This document shows positions 24,369-37,252 of a stretch of 64,000 nucleotides of DNA, in pieces (positions within the stretch are counted from its first letter, which is position 1; each line of letters opens with the position of its first letter). The notes beneath the pieces were generated by a model, which saw only the letters and a program-made list of their open reading frames with translations, was not told the DNA's origin and did no database searches. Source of the DNA: Octopus sinensis (taxonomy: Eukaryota); assembly GCF_006345805.1 (NCBI RefSeq), contig NC_043006.1, forward strand, positions 40,052,001 to 40,116,000. The letters are read 5' to 3'. Position numbers and translations under genes: made by a program.

Positions 24369-25997
24369 CAGTTGCGGCCAAAACGTTCAGAACGGCATTG
24401 TTTTCGTCAGAAAAGTAGATATAATTTTTTTATCAAAGTTGTTTTATATTCTATAATTTTCACAGACAATAAATACGATATTATTTGTTATTGCCTGAGA
24501 TTTTGGTGTAATTTGAGAGGATAATACAAAAATTATGGATGATTTAGTGATTTACTGCAAAACCCATGGCGGCCAAAGTGATCAGAACGGTTGCTTTTAC
24601 TCCGTGTTTTAGTATATTTAACCGGCGAACTCTACTGTTTTGAATTTGTTTACGTGACGGTTCGTTTACTAAACATTAGTAAGAATATTTGCAGTGTACT
24701 TTGTTAATATAATGCCACTTACTCCGTTACCAATTCGTCAGCAGATTATTAAGCTTCGAAGGAAGGATAATTTAAGTATTGGATCTATTGCAAAGATTGT
24801 TAACAAGTCAAAAAGTGTTGTACACGGTATTCTTAAGGTCTACGATGATTGTGGTTCGTGTGAAGCAAGAAAGTTTGCAGGTAGGCCAAGAAAAACGACC
24901 AAGAGAAAAGATCGTGCTATGGTAAAGTTGGTTAAAAAGGACAGATTTAAAACTGCTGCTGCTGTTTCTCGGAAAATGAGCATTGTATTGAAGAAAACTT
25001 TATCTCTAAAAACTGTGTCTCGTCGTTTAGTTGAACATGACCTACAAGCAAGAGCACCTGCAGTGAAGCCACTGATCAGCTCCAAGAAAAAAAAGTGTCG
25101 TCTTACCTTTGCAACCGAACATGTGTTGTGGTCTCAAGAAAAATGGCAAACGGTGCATTTCAGTGATGAATCTAAGTTTATGCTATTTGGCTCAGATGAG
25201 AAAGGTACGTTCGTAGAAAAGAAGGTGAAAAATTGTTGCCTAAATGCCTTAAGACTAGTGTTAAATTCGGTGGAGGAAGTGTCATGGTTTGGGGAATGAT
25301 ATCTGGAGATGGTGTGGGCCCTTTGGTGCGATTACATGGAAAGTTAAATGCAGGAGTTTATAAACAACTTGTAAAAGATCATGTCTTGCCTGTGCTGAGA
25401 AATTCAACTAAGCTACCACCCATATTTATGCAGGACAATGCCCCATGTCACAAGGCTAAGGTGGTCATGAACTTCCTCAAGGCTGAAAAGGTTATTGTTA
25501 TGGATTGGCCAGCTCAAATCCCAGATCTCAATCCTATTGAAAATTTGTGGAATATTCTAGGAGAACGTTCGAAAGCCAGAAATCCTAGGACAACTGAGCA
25601 ATTACGGAATGCCCTTCAGGAAGAATGGAATAAGATCACCCAGCAAGAAATTGAAAATTTAATTTCCTCATGCGGTCGAAGATGTCAGAGTGTGATTGAA
25701 GCTAAAGAGCTTCACACTAAATATTAAATAATTCCAGTATTCTCTGTCATTTTTGATTATTTTGTTATTTTTTCAATCGTTCTGATCATTTTGGCCGCCA
25801 TGGGTTTTGCAGTAAATCACTAAATCATCCATAACTTTTGTATTATCCTCTCAAATTACACCAAAATCTCAGACAATAACAATTAATATTGTATTTATTG
25901 TTTGTGAAAATTATAGAATATGAAACCACTTTGATAAAAACTTATACCTACTTTTCTGATGAAAACAATGCCGTTCTGAACATTTTGGCCGCAACTG
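24369..25997 (+). mobile_element. Full-length Tc1 (DD34E) transposon with ~225-bp IR/DR TIRs and a TA target duplication
   Basis: TA|cagttgcggccaaaa ... ttttggccgcaactg|TA; TIRs 24369-24593 and 25774-25997, each with outer and inner gcggccaaaa/g...tcagaacg direct repeats. Confidence 0.97.
24712..25727 (+). pseudogene. Tc1 transposase, one frameshift near 25200
   Basis: MPLTPLPIRQQII..GRPRKTT..WQTVHFSDESKF / KFGGGSVMVWG..FMQDNAPCH..WPAQIPDLNPIENLW; 34 residues between the second D and E. Confidence 0.95.
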
Positions 25998-26072
25998 TAT
26001 TTAAAAACTTCTTTATAAAAATATATTAAACTATGTGAAACAAAGGCATTTCTCTTCCACTTTATATATATA

Positions 26073-26470
26073 CTAGCAGTATTGCCCGGCGTTGCTCGGG
26101 TTTGTAAGGGAAATAACTATATAAGCATTTTTAGAGATGTAAAGTATAATAGCCATCTCAATATGGCTAACCACAAAGGGGGGTGGGTGTTACTGTAACT
26201 TTTTACGTTCTGAGATTTAATTATAAATTTTTAGAGAGTTACTTCCCTTATATATGCCAAAAATGCATTAAAAATGGGGAAAATTGATGGTAAATTTTTT
26301 TTTAAATCGTAGACTCATCGTAGACGCGCGCTAATACCCAGAAGGTTCGATATGAATCACGACTATAAGATACCCGGTTTTGGTTAAACTGCACCGCAAA
26401 ATGTGGTAGTAGTTAGGAATCTAAATCGTAGGAGACAGACAGCACACAACCTCTCTTTTATATATAAAGA
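26073..26470 (-). mobile_element. Non-autonomous Helitron (398 bp)
   Basis: Minus strand A|TCtttatatataaaagag...cccgagcaacgccggg hairpin...CTAG|T; same head sequence at ~54866. Confidence 0.92.
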
Positions 26471-26689
26471 TATAGTCAGCGCGCACACACACAAATACGT
26501 GTGTATGTGGGTGTGTATGCATCTAAATAGATGGATAGATATACATACACACACATATATAAATATGTAGTTATGTCTTTCTATAGATGTGAATATTAAT
26601 ATATTTACAGCTGTTTGTAACTAATAGTGTGGGTGCGCGTGTGTGGGTGTGTGCGCGTGTATATGTACGTATACAACGTATTATATTTG

Positions 26690-27490
26690 TAACATTATGC
26701 TAATGTGTTTTGTCGTGTTTCGACAAATGAATTCTTGAACTCTTTCGATAAAATCATCATCTTAATTAACTCACAATCACCATAATGAGCATCATTATCG
26801 GCGTCCACATCACCCTCGTCGTCATCATCTCCCTTCTTATCTTCATCGTCATCCTTCGACTCATCCTCATTAATGTCGTCGCCGTCGTCATCATTATCGT
26901 AGTTATCATCAACGCCACCATCATGGCAATAGTCTCCAATACCACCACAAACACCTCCACCATCACCACCTCTACAATGGCTACTATCATCATCACCACC
27001 ACAACTACTACCACCAACAACAACAAAAACAACAACAAAAGACCAACAACAACAATTCAAACACCACAGTACTATCACTTACCATTTTCTCCACTACTAC
27101 TGCTACTACCATCACCACCACTCCTTCCAACAACTACAATTCAAACATCACAGCACTATCTCTCTCACCGTTTTCTCCACTACTACCACCACCATCACCA
27201 CTTCTGCCACAACCCCTCCAACAACAACAACTCAAACACAATAGTACTATTTCTATCATCGTTTTCCTAAGCACCGCCAACAACAACATCACGAATAGAA
27301 ATGAAAGCCACCTACAAACCCTCACTACTATCCCGACGACGACCACCAGTATCAACACCAGCATCACCACCTCCACTACCAACAGCACCCGCAACAAAAC
27401 CACCACCAGGGCCATCACCACCACCACAACCACCACCACCTGCAGCAGCAGCAGCAGCAGCGCTTGATTTATGCAGCAAACTGCAACCAA
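26690..27490. repeat. Low-complexity trinucleotide block (CAT/CAC/CAA/CAG)
   Basis: Direct inspection. Confidence 0.9.
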
Positions 27491-27604
27491 TGTGATAAAT
27501 CAGCTACAAAATTAATATTTTTAATTGTTTCCTGGCCGAAGACTTCTGCAATTGTGGACAATTGATTGGATGTCACGTGGGACAGTGAAAAGCAAGGAAT
27601 CATA

Positions 27605-27650
<46 letters not shown>

Positions 27651-27962
27651 TTAATAATAATAATGATAATAATAATAATAATAATAATTGAAAACGATAA
27701 TGATAATGATGGTAGTGATTATTGTTATCATCATCATCGTTGTTATTATTATTATTATTATTATCATTGTTGCTGTTATTATTTATGTTATCATAATCGT
27801 TATCGTTATGATGTCTTTGGTTTCTTTATTTGCTGCAAGAACACAAGAGAGAACACAGAGATATTACAATACAATGTATTTTTCACGCAACAATGGAATG
27901 CAACACCGTATACACATAAATATATGATCGAATGCACACGCACGTATTCGTAAACACAAACA

Positions 27963-28008
<46 letters not shown>

Positions 28009-28208
28009 ATAATGTGTGTGTGGGTGTGTATTATTATCAACTCGTATAGAATTACAGTCACTCTCTCTCTCTCTCTCTCTCGGTCCCCACACACACAAGC
28101 GCACACACATCCACTGATTCTTAGACACAAAATGTATATATTCCTCCATTTATAAATGTGTGTATATGTATGTGTGTGAGTGTCTATATGTGTGTGTGCA
28201 TATATATA

Positions 28209-28249
<41 letters not shown>

Positions 28250-28370
28250 GAGAGAGAGAGAGAGATACATATATAAATGCGTATATGTATACACATACAA
28301 ATATGCATACAGGCACACACACACGCATGCAAATAAGCACATGTGCACACTCACGCAGACACACACATAC

Positions 28371-28402
<32 letters not shown>

Positions 28403-28405
<3 letters not shown>

Positions 28406-28581
28406 CCTCGTGTGTACCGTTGGCGATTTTTTCCCCTCTGTCTTCCCTTCTCCTATGTTTCCGACGAAGAGCTCCGCTCGAAACGTTAAACCCTCCTTCT
28501 TTCCTGAGCGTCCAATAATACTATATTTGTTCCACGTCCTCACGTTGTTGTGTTTTTTTGTGCTTTCATGTTTGGATTAAC
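28403..28581 (+). mobile_element. ~180-bp non-autonomous element between (TA)n arrays
   Basis: (TA)n|gacctcgtgtgtacc...tgtttggattaac|(TA)n; truncated sister copy at 18480. Confidence 0.8.
28457..28491 (+). ncRNA. Minimal type I hammerhead-like motif (U4C core variant)
   Basis: guuu-CCGACGA-a-GAGC(ucc)GCUC-GAAA-C-GU-U-aaac. Confidence 0.65.
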
Positions 28582-29649
28582 TATATATATATATATATAT
28601 ATCATATATATATATATATATATATATATTTATTTATTTATTTTGTAGAAGGAGCTTCTACAGAACTAGGACTGTTTCATTCAAAAGAAATCATCATATA
28701 TAAATATATATATAAAGGTATATCTTAGAATGACATGACGTGAAGAAAATTAGATAATTTACGAGCCATTGTCTGTTTTCTAGTGAACGCACTATTTTAG
28801 CCTCGTCGTCAGAAAAAGAAAGTGACCTTTCTGGTTTCAAAACTGTTTAGCACTCTGAAGAAATCAATTACTTTCAATGGAGTTATGCTAATCTTTTCTT
28901 TTTCAACAACAAAAATAAATAAATTATTGAATAAATAAATAACACATCACAGGTACAACTCCTATCAAGAAAACATCATCGCAATTTGTTTCTTTTAAAC
29001 ACGAGCAACTCGCCCTTGGAGTTCTCATAGCAACTAGTGATCTCAATCAAATATTAGCTAAGTTAGAGATAGTGAGACCTAAGATCACGCCTCATTGACT
29101 GATCCGTCTTTTCTGGTCAGGAAATACCTAAGTCCATATTAGTTATCGATGCTACACAAACCTGAGGCGAGACTCAATAGAGTACAGCTGATATCGTAGA
29201 GTACAGCTGAAACAATAGAGCATACTGATATCGTGGATCAAGCGCATCCAGCGAAAAGCCACTCAACTGATTGACATAAATCACCAACAGATAAGTCCAG
29301 CCTCTACACTACAGGCGCATTTTGTGCTCTATGATTTTTGTACCGATATTATAAATGCCTATGTTACTTGTATACGGCTAGTCTTGTACCGCTGCCATTC
29401 AGGCATTTCCAACTCACTCATCATTCTTCCTCTCATCACTTGTGTTGTATCCAATCTCCCAGGCCATGCATCAATCACTACATGTCGTCCTAACCTTCCA
29501 GTAGGCTGGTCTACCCTAATTCATGTAACTCACCAAACGTTGGTAATATGGATGATTAATTAGCAGAAGCATTACACGACTTTAGAAAGAAAACATGGTT
29601 TAATCACAGAGACTTTCCACAGCGAGGTTAAAATGTTCATTTTACTAAA

Positions 29650-29808
29650 GGCTTCTACACGATTTCTTATTTCTTTATTGCCCACCAGGGGCTAAACATA
29701 GAGGGGGCAAACAAGGACAGACAAAGGGATTAAGTCGATTGCATCAACCCCAGTGCGTAACTGGTACTTATTTAATCGACCCCGAAAGGATGAAAAGCAA
29801 AGTCGAAA
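29650..29808 (-). mobile_element. SINE family B fragment including the dimer linker
   Basis: ggggctaaaca.agagggg.caaacaaggacagacaaa..gattaagtcgatt.catc.accccagtgcgtaactggtac. Confidence 0.85.
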
Positions 29809-30565
29809 ACCAGATGAATGCAAAGCGAGTATCTTAACCACACAGCTATGCCTATATATTTGGCCATTATTTCCAGCAGATTAAGAGATTGTCTTTCTTC
29901 ACAGAGGATTTTTTCTGTTGGCTCAAAAATCCTTGTTTTTTTTCAGCAAAACTTACTTGCAGCTTTTCAAACTTGCAATCGAAACCACTTCATTTATGCC
30001 GATATAACTTTTGAGAAGCGGTTCTGTTTTTGAGAAGCCTTGAATACTGAAGTTACTGGTATCTTTGAGAAACGAATAACACACTAGTTCATCTCCTCCC
30101 CCATTTAGGCCCTTGTGCCTGAATTAGAAATCATTTTCTACGATTATTTACAATAATCATATATCATTTTAGAATCTGCTTTTTACTTCCTTTTTTTTCC
30201 TCTTTTCCTCAATTTTTTAAAAATATTTCCTTTGTGTCTTTTTACTTTTAAAATGCTATTGTTTTTATAAATTCTATTTTATAACTTTTCATATTTATTT
30301 TCATTTTTCCGTTTTATAAATTTTTTATATTTTTGTGTTTTTTAAAAATGTTCTGAAATGATAGATACAAACAAGATGCATAGAAGTGAAGAGGTGGATT
30401 GGAGTTTAAAAATTAATGTGATATTTCTGTGGTCTGATAATAAATTATTTCATACATTTAATAAAAATAAAAAATGATTTTATTATTTTCATTTTTGTTT
30501 CGTTCTTCCTCCTTTCCCCCTCTTATTTATTCATATTTTCCGTTTACCTTGTATTGTTGTTGCTG

Positions 30566-30639
<74 letters not shown>

Positions 30640-31467
30640 GTTTTTTGTTGTTGTTCGTGTTATAATTGTTGATTATATTTTCCCATATTTTATTTATTAC
30701 CAAAAAAATAAATAAAAAAATAAAAACCCAAAAAATAAAAAGATGAAAAAGAAGTAAATCAAGAAAACGAAAAGAACGCAGAAAACGATACGTTGAAATA
30801 CCAAACAAAAAACAAAAAAAAAAACACCACCACCCTCTGTCTATCTGTCTGTCTCTCCTCTTCTCCTCTTCATACTGATTCTGTAGTGAATAGTCATTGG
30901 AAATTGCGACAATACTACAAAGACTACCTTCACAGCACAAACCCCGCGCTGCCGCAGCGGCCGCTATCGCCTCCACCGTCGCCGCCACGAAATTCCTGTT
31001 TAATTTTCGACGTTATCGCAGTTAGGTCTGTCTCGGCACAGTCAGTCGTAAATTAGACTAAAATTACATTCAATTAACAAACGAGATTAATTATATTGTT
31101 AACTGTTTCAATCATATTAATAATAACACAGCTTGTAGTTGTCGTTGTTGATATCGTTGTTGTTATTGTTGATGTTGTTGTTGTTGTTGTTATACGCGAT
31201 GCTCTTGTGTTCTTCATGTTATTAACGTCATTGATGTATATTTTCTTTCTTGCTTGCTTTCTTTTGCAGCGGTGACGAGGAAGCATTGTTGCCAAGTAAG
31301 TTATTGTTTATCCTTGTTTTAATTTTGCCTCACTAAGATCACCACTAACTGAATAGAAACTCATAGTTTGAAACGTTCCAGCTGTGACCACCACAACTTA
31401 TTTTTCACACAGTGTATCACGAACAAACTTGTTCAAGTATCCTTGCATTTTTTTTTTTTTGAAACAT

Positions 31468-31632
31468 AGGCTCAGGCATGACTGTGTGGTTAAGAAGCTC
31501 CGGTTTCAACCACGTAGTTTTGGGTTCACTCCCAGTGCATGGTACCTTGGGCGAATATCTTCAATTCTATCTCCGGGCTGAATAATACTCTGAGTAAAAT
31601 TTGGTAGACGGAAACTATGTATAAGCCTATTA
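31468..31632 (+). mobile_element. SINE family A, 5' half
   Basis: caggcatgactgtgtggttaagaagctc...ggtaccttgggcg...ttggtagacggaaact. Confidence 0.75.
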
Positions 31633-31655
31633 TATACATACATACATACATACAT

Positions 31656-31711
<56 letters not shown>

Positions 31712-31714
<3 letters not shown>

Positions 31715-32360
31715 GTTAAAAAGAAAATGTAGATTAGGAAGTTAATTATTTGTTATTAACAAATTGGTCATCGCTTCTTACAGCCGTTTCAATTAATACT
31801 CAATAATTTAATTACAAATTTGTACTTTAAATTTGCATCTATGTGACATGATTTCATCAGAGAAAAAAGATGTACCTTTAAATGTTATATGCAGACTTAT
31901 CAATTCATGTCAGCCGATTAAATATTACGGTTTATGATTTGTATTGTTATTTGCTCGGGTGAAGGGTTTACAGATTCATTGGAATATGATTAGGGATGAA
32001 ATAAAATAAAGAAAACTAGAAAAATAAAGTAAAAATAGAGATGATTGAGGAATAGATAAATAAGGTAAATTTATAGTTAATAGAAAGGTATTCATCTATA
32101 AGGTATAAGTAAAATTATAAAAGTTTATATATGTATACACACACATATGTATATCCTCACATACACATATACCTAATTTTTTCTCTGATGAAATTATGCT
32201 CATGTCACATAAATGCAAATTTAATATACAAATTTGTAATTAATTTATTGAGTAATTGAAACGGCTGTATGAAGCGAAGATGATTAATTTGTTAATAATG
32301 AATAGTTGATAACTTCCTAATTTCCATTTTCTTTTCGTCTTTTAACTGGATATTAACTAT
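31712..32360. mobile_element. AT-rich MITE with ~160-bp TIRs
   Basis: cttcttacagccgtttcaatta.tactcaataa...acaaatttgta...tgcat.tatgtgacatga.tttcatcagagaaaa mirrored at 32170-32350. Confidence 0.8.
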
Positions 32361-32472
32361 ATGTTTAATATATACCTATTGTTTTAAGGGAATTTCATTC
32401 CCCAACAGTACTAGGTATTGAACCAGTATTTCCTTGGATGCAACCATTCCTTCACGAGGTTAACATATCATC

Positions 32473-32514
<42 letters not shown>

Positions 32515-32517
32515 TAT

Positions 32518-32573
<56 letters not shown>

Positions 32574-32609
32574 ATATATATTATATATATATATATAATA
32601 TATATATAT

Positions 32610-32998
32610 ATCTTTTACTTGTTTTAGTTATAGACTGCGGCCACGCTAGGATATCGCCATGAAAAATTTTAGTTGAACGAATCGACGCTAAAGTTGGGTG
32701 CCTGGTACTTATTTTATCGGATTTCTTTTGCCGAAATGCTAAGTTAAGGGGACGTAAATATCCCCCCAACGGTTGTCAAGCGGTGGTAGGGGACAAACAC
32801 AAAGACGCACACAGGCACACACACACGCACACACGGCGGGCTCCTTTCAGTTTCCGTCTGCCAAATCCACTCACAAGGCTTTTGGTCGGCTCGAGTCTAT
32901 TATAGTAGAAAACTCTTGCTCAAGGTGCCATGCAGTGGGACTAAACCCGGATCCATGAGGTTGGGAAGCATGTTTCTTACCACACAGTCATGCCTGCG
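32610..32998 (-). mobile_element. SINE family A (full length)
   Basis: cttttacttgttt...gactgcggcca...tcagtttccgtctgccaaatccactcacaaggc...ttaccacacagtcatgcctg. Confidence 0.88.
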
Positions 32999-33147
32999 CC
33001 TATATGATCCTAACAATGATTATAAAAAAATTACTGACGTTGCTATGGTTGGTAGTGATAATTTGGTACTACTTTGGCGCATGATCTACAGGGGAGATTA
33101 CTTTGGGTTACTTTTTAGTTTACTTTACAATTTCTAAAAACCTATTG

Positions 33148-33482
33148 TTTTTAGTCGTGTTTGTTTGTGTGTCCGTAGACAAGATATCTCAAGAACCGCT
33201 GGATAGATTCGGATGAAACTTTCAGGGATGTTTGGCATTGTGACTGGCACGAACTGATTAGAAATTGAGATCGATTCGGTACCGGACAAGGATTCTGGAT
33301 TATTTTTCCGTTTTTTTTTTAAAATTTTTGAGAGCGCTCGGGTTCATTTTTAGTATTCTCGTTTATGAGAGCAGCCGAGTTTATTTCAGACATTCTCATT
33401 TTAAAAAGCATCTCCGGCTAATCGTTGAGAGGATGTTGGTGTTGCCTTGGAGGAAGTTTGCGTTGTCTGAGTGCTCTTGTTT
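33148..33482 (+). mobile_element. Helentron/HINE-like non-autonomous element
   Basis: gtttgtttgtgtgtcc...gatatctcaagaaccgctggatagattcggatgaaacttt...ttggaggaagtttgcg.tgtctgagtgctcttgtt resembles DINE/HINE-type elements. Confidence 0.5.
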
Positions 33483-34237
33483 AACATGTCTTTCTCTGTG
33501 TAATTTTTAAAGTTGTGTGGGGGATATTTGAGAGATTTGACTATTATTTCTTACAGAAGTGACCTCAGTGAGGCAACCTCGCTGTTATTAAATTAAAAAC
33601 AGCTCACAGCATTGCAGACAGAATAGCGAGGTAAAGTAAACGATACTGTAAGAAGATATGTAATAATGATATGGAAGAGAAGCGGTGGAGAGTGAAGAAG
33701 GAGGGTAGGAGAAGGGTGAAGACGAGGTTACGGAGGAAAAGGAAGATGAGAAAGATATGGTTGTCATCCAGCCAATGAAAACATATTTTGGCCAATCGCC
33801 TCGCCTCATTTGGCAGTTCCGCTCGATCAGCGACCAAATCAAACGGTTATTAAAAGACTTGGCTTCAAATTCTTAATGTATTCATTTACTTCTCCCTCGT
33901 TAATCCCATCTCTCTCTCTCTCTATCTATCTCCCTGTTACACATTACCTATATACACTATACACACACGACCACACATCCGCGTATATTGTACGTACACA
34001 GACGCAACGGCGTACACACAAGCCTGCGCGCTTATCCACACACACGTACAGAAACGTATGCATACATATACAATATGTAGATACGCTCATGAATTTATTG
34101 ACTGACTTGTCAATAGTTCAGACTCTCCAAAAGGCATTACTGGTCAGTAACACACGCTCACACACACATACACTACACACACGGACACAAATATCTCATA
34201 CTCATCTATACATGTAACATGCATGTATGTATGTGCG

Positions 34238-34273
<36 letters not shown>

Positions 34274-34344
34274 ATATATATAATATATATATATATATAT
34301 GTATGTGCGTGTATATATCTATATATATATATAAGTAAAAAAGA

Positions 34345-34632
34345 TCCCCTTCGGGGATTGCACCCACAAAGTTCTCCTCCGAGACACAAGTTCAGGCAAA
34401 ACAGTTTGTGAAAGATCAGCAGTCACCCATGCATGCCAGCCTCTCCTCTCCACCGATGTAATTCAAGGGAAAGGCAAAGGGGCACAGCTTGGCACCAGTG
34501 ACATCACAACTCATTTTTACAGCTGAGTGAACTAGAGCAACGTGAAAATAAAGTGTCTTGCTCAAGAACATAACACGCAGCCCGGTCGGGGAATGGAACT
34601 CACTACCTTATGACTGAGCGCGACACTAGCCA
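34345..34632 (-). mobile_element. SINE family D (near full length)
   Basis: ctcatttttacagctgagtgaact.gagcaacgtgaaa...gtgtcttgctcaagaaca...ccactgagccatgc.ccttcac. Confidence 0.85.
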
Positions 34633-34688
34633 CTGAGCCATGCTCCTTCACTATATATATATATATATAATATATATATATATATACA

Positions 34689-34878
34689 CAGTAATCCGTC
34701 ACCATATCGTGGTTCACCTATCGCGGTTTATTATTTAAGCTTACGTCGATTCCTCCGTGGTATTGCTTTGTACTTAAATATATACAAAATATAAAAACAA
34801 CAAAAAAATACAGTACTGTTTCACCTATCGCGGGGTGGGGGTTGGATCGTAACATCCGCGATAGTCGAGGAATTGCTG
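34689..34878. mobile_element. pogo/Tigger-like MITE
   Basis: cagtaatccgtcaccatatcgtgg ... ccgcgatagtcgaggaattgctg|TA, internal cacctatcgcgg repeats. Confidence 0.65.
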
Positions 34879-34880
34879 TA

Positions 34881-35112
34881 TTTCGTTTTTGTATTTGGTT
34901 TGCAAAATTCTTTATGTGAATCCGTGTGTTGAAGCATATTTTGTTGTGTCTGGAGAGAGTCATTCTATTTTAATGCCTTATTCAACACACTCACAGGTCG
35001 ATTTCCACTCATTTACTTACCTATTTTTTCTAAAGTTTTCGTTGCTTCTTGCAACCTATTCAGCAGCGGTTGACTCTTGAAGAGATTGCAAGAGAAACAA
35101 CGAAAATTTTGA
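34881..35112. repeat. Second copy of the 6365 repeat, ending in an imperfect palindrome
   Basis: ttttcgttgcttcttgcaa ... ttgcaagagaaacaacgaaaa. Confidence 0.75.
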
Positions 35113-35119
35113 CTCCCCC

Positions 35120-35267
35120 CATGTGGTAAGAAGATTATTTCTCAACCACATGGCTCCGACTTCAGTCCCACTGCGTAACACCTTGAGCAAGTGTCTTCTA
35201 CTATAGCGTCGGGCCGACCAAATCCTTGTGAGTGGATTTGGTAGACGGAAACTGAAAGAATCCTGTC

Positions 35268-35270
<3 letters not shown>
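35120..35270 (+). mobile_element. SINE family A, 5' half
   Basis: ttcagtcccactgcgt..caccttgagcaagtgtcttctactatagc..cgggccgacc. Confidence 0.85.
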
Positions 35271-35314
<44 letters not shown>

Positions 35315-36363
35315 GTAAATAGATAGCCGCTGACTATCCCTTGTTTTTCATACATATATACATACACACACACATAGATATATACATACATGCGTACATA
35401 CATACACACACATATAGTGTAAGGAAAAAATTCGCGTGTTGAATTGTAGTAAAAAATGAAGGAAAATGCACAGAAATATTGTGTCAGCAAATATATAGGT
35501 ATATATTTTAATGAAATATAGTCGACCGGTTTCGCTTATGCTAATCATGTTCAAGTAGTTCGTAATGATACTATAATTTCATGCTATCATAAGTTTATAT
35601 TCCATGTTAGGAGGAAAGACACACACACACTCGTGTATGTATGCATGTAAGTACACATATGTATGTATACGTATATGTATATATATGTGAGTATATATAT
35701 ATATGTGTGTATGTGCATTAGGATTTAGCTTAGGCTTAGTGATACAACTAACCAGTTGTTATAACTCAATATACATATATTATTCAGCTAAGTGTTAGAA
35801 CGTTACGGAGTATAACATTAATGTCTATTGGTCCATACCTTTCTGTTTGGGTTCATATGTACGTCTATAAATGTGTATTAACATATATTTGTATGTGTGT
35901 CTATGTATATCAGTAGGTATATGTCTGCTTATTATACGCGTATGTGAATACATACATTTGTGTACTTTTGGCATTCTCAATCTCAAACTGAATTGGAAAA
36001 AAAAAACTGATGGTATTTAGCAAAGTCTCATTCTGCATGTGTTGATAATGAACCGAACTTGATTTTGCCTTTTATCCATTAGAATGTTTGATGAAATAAA
36101 TGGCATTCAATTACTTGTATCCGTTTAATTAGCTCTGCCGGCCCTAAATATACGCTCTGTATTGAAGTAGATGCAACTAAAAATAAAAAAAAAAACATCT
36201 CTGCAATTGAAGTTACGTACGATGTTTGGTGCACACAAAATTGTTTGCAAAATGATAAAATCCGAGAACAATTAAATCACTGACGTCATATTATTAATGA
36301 CGTGGTTTTCTTTAAGCATCCAATCATTTCACACTTCACATATCAATAATCGGCTTTGCAAAC

Positions 36364-36436
<73 letters not shown>

Positions 36437-37039
36437 TTATAATAAATAGATAAGTAAATAAATAAATAGATAATAAAATAAGATTAAAAAATACAGATTT
36501 TTACTAAGAGAATTAGTTTTTCAGAATTAAATACCATTGTTTTGTTAAAATTAAACAAAAGAAAAAAAAATTCAGAAGAGGAAATCAGAATTTAAAGAAA
36601 GTGCATTCGTTGTACTAACACAGATTTTACGTAAAGTTATATTTCGTTTTAGAGCAATTGTATTTTATTATATTTCTTAATAATCCATTCTCGACATTTC
36701 TAAGAAACCAAGTAATTCATCTTTTATATCCGCTTTGCAACAAAGACTGATAATTTTAATTCTAACTTTTATTTAATTTTTAAATTTTTAGAGATTCTAC
36801 ATTAGGTTTTAAAACTCCGTGCATCATATAGACTGATGCACACGCACATACACACACGCACACCAATGAAGAAAGATGATATCTGAGAATGATTTAAATT
36901 TTTAAACAAAGCCTCACAATATTTTACTTCTATTCACTTATATTTGGTTCCCCACCACATTACGTCACAATCATATTTGTACCCCTACGCAGCTATCTAC
37001 TTCTTCCTTCTGTTTCTCATTGCTGCACGCACACACACC

Positions 37040-37150
37040 CAAAATCAGCTGTAGAAACCATGCCAAATCAGACTGGAGTCTGGTGCAGCCCCTCAGCTTG
37101 GCAACCCTGGTCAAACCGTCCAACCCATGCCAACGGACGTTAAATAATGA
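37040..37150 (+). mobile_element. Retroposon 3' tail fragment (RTE-like LINE/SINE end)
   Basis: tggtgcagccc...tcaaaccgtccaacccatgcca..cggacgttaaa. Confidence 0.55.
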
Positions 37151-37252
37151 CACACACACACACACACACACATATGGACTACTATGAAGAAGTAAAACAT
37201 CGATATTGTTATAATATTGTTGTTCGTTTCGTTCCGATGTTATTTGAATTAG

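Noticed and set aside
26695-27495. Poly-T/N/D/Q-like ORFs resembling low-complexity protein
   Set aside because: Trinucleotide repeats open in several frames on both strands; no splice or domain evidence.
28660-28820. Two minus-strand hammerhead traces (augauga-uuuc..gaau-gaaacaguc; cugacga-cgag..cucg-uaaa)
   Set aside because: The first lacks stem I and core positions; the second lacks GAAA. Too decayed to call.
31345-31385. ctgaatag-aaac/gttt-gaaacgtt
   Set aside because: Core does not fit and there is no stem I.
25950-32190. ctgatga hits at ~25956 and ~32181
   Set aside because: Parts of DNA-transposon TIRs, with no stem II or GAAA.
35500-35600. gaaaccggtc with upstream cttatga on the minus strand
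   Set aside because: G5 is lost and stems I and II are not convincingly paired.
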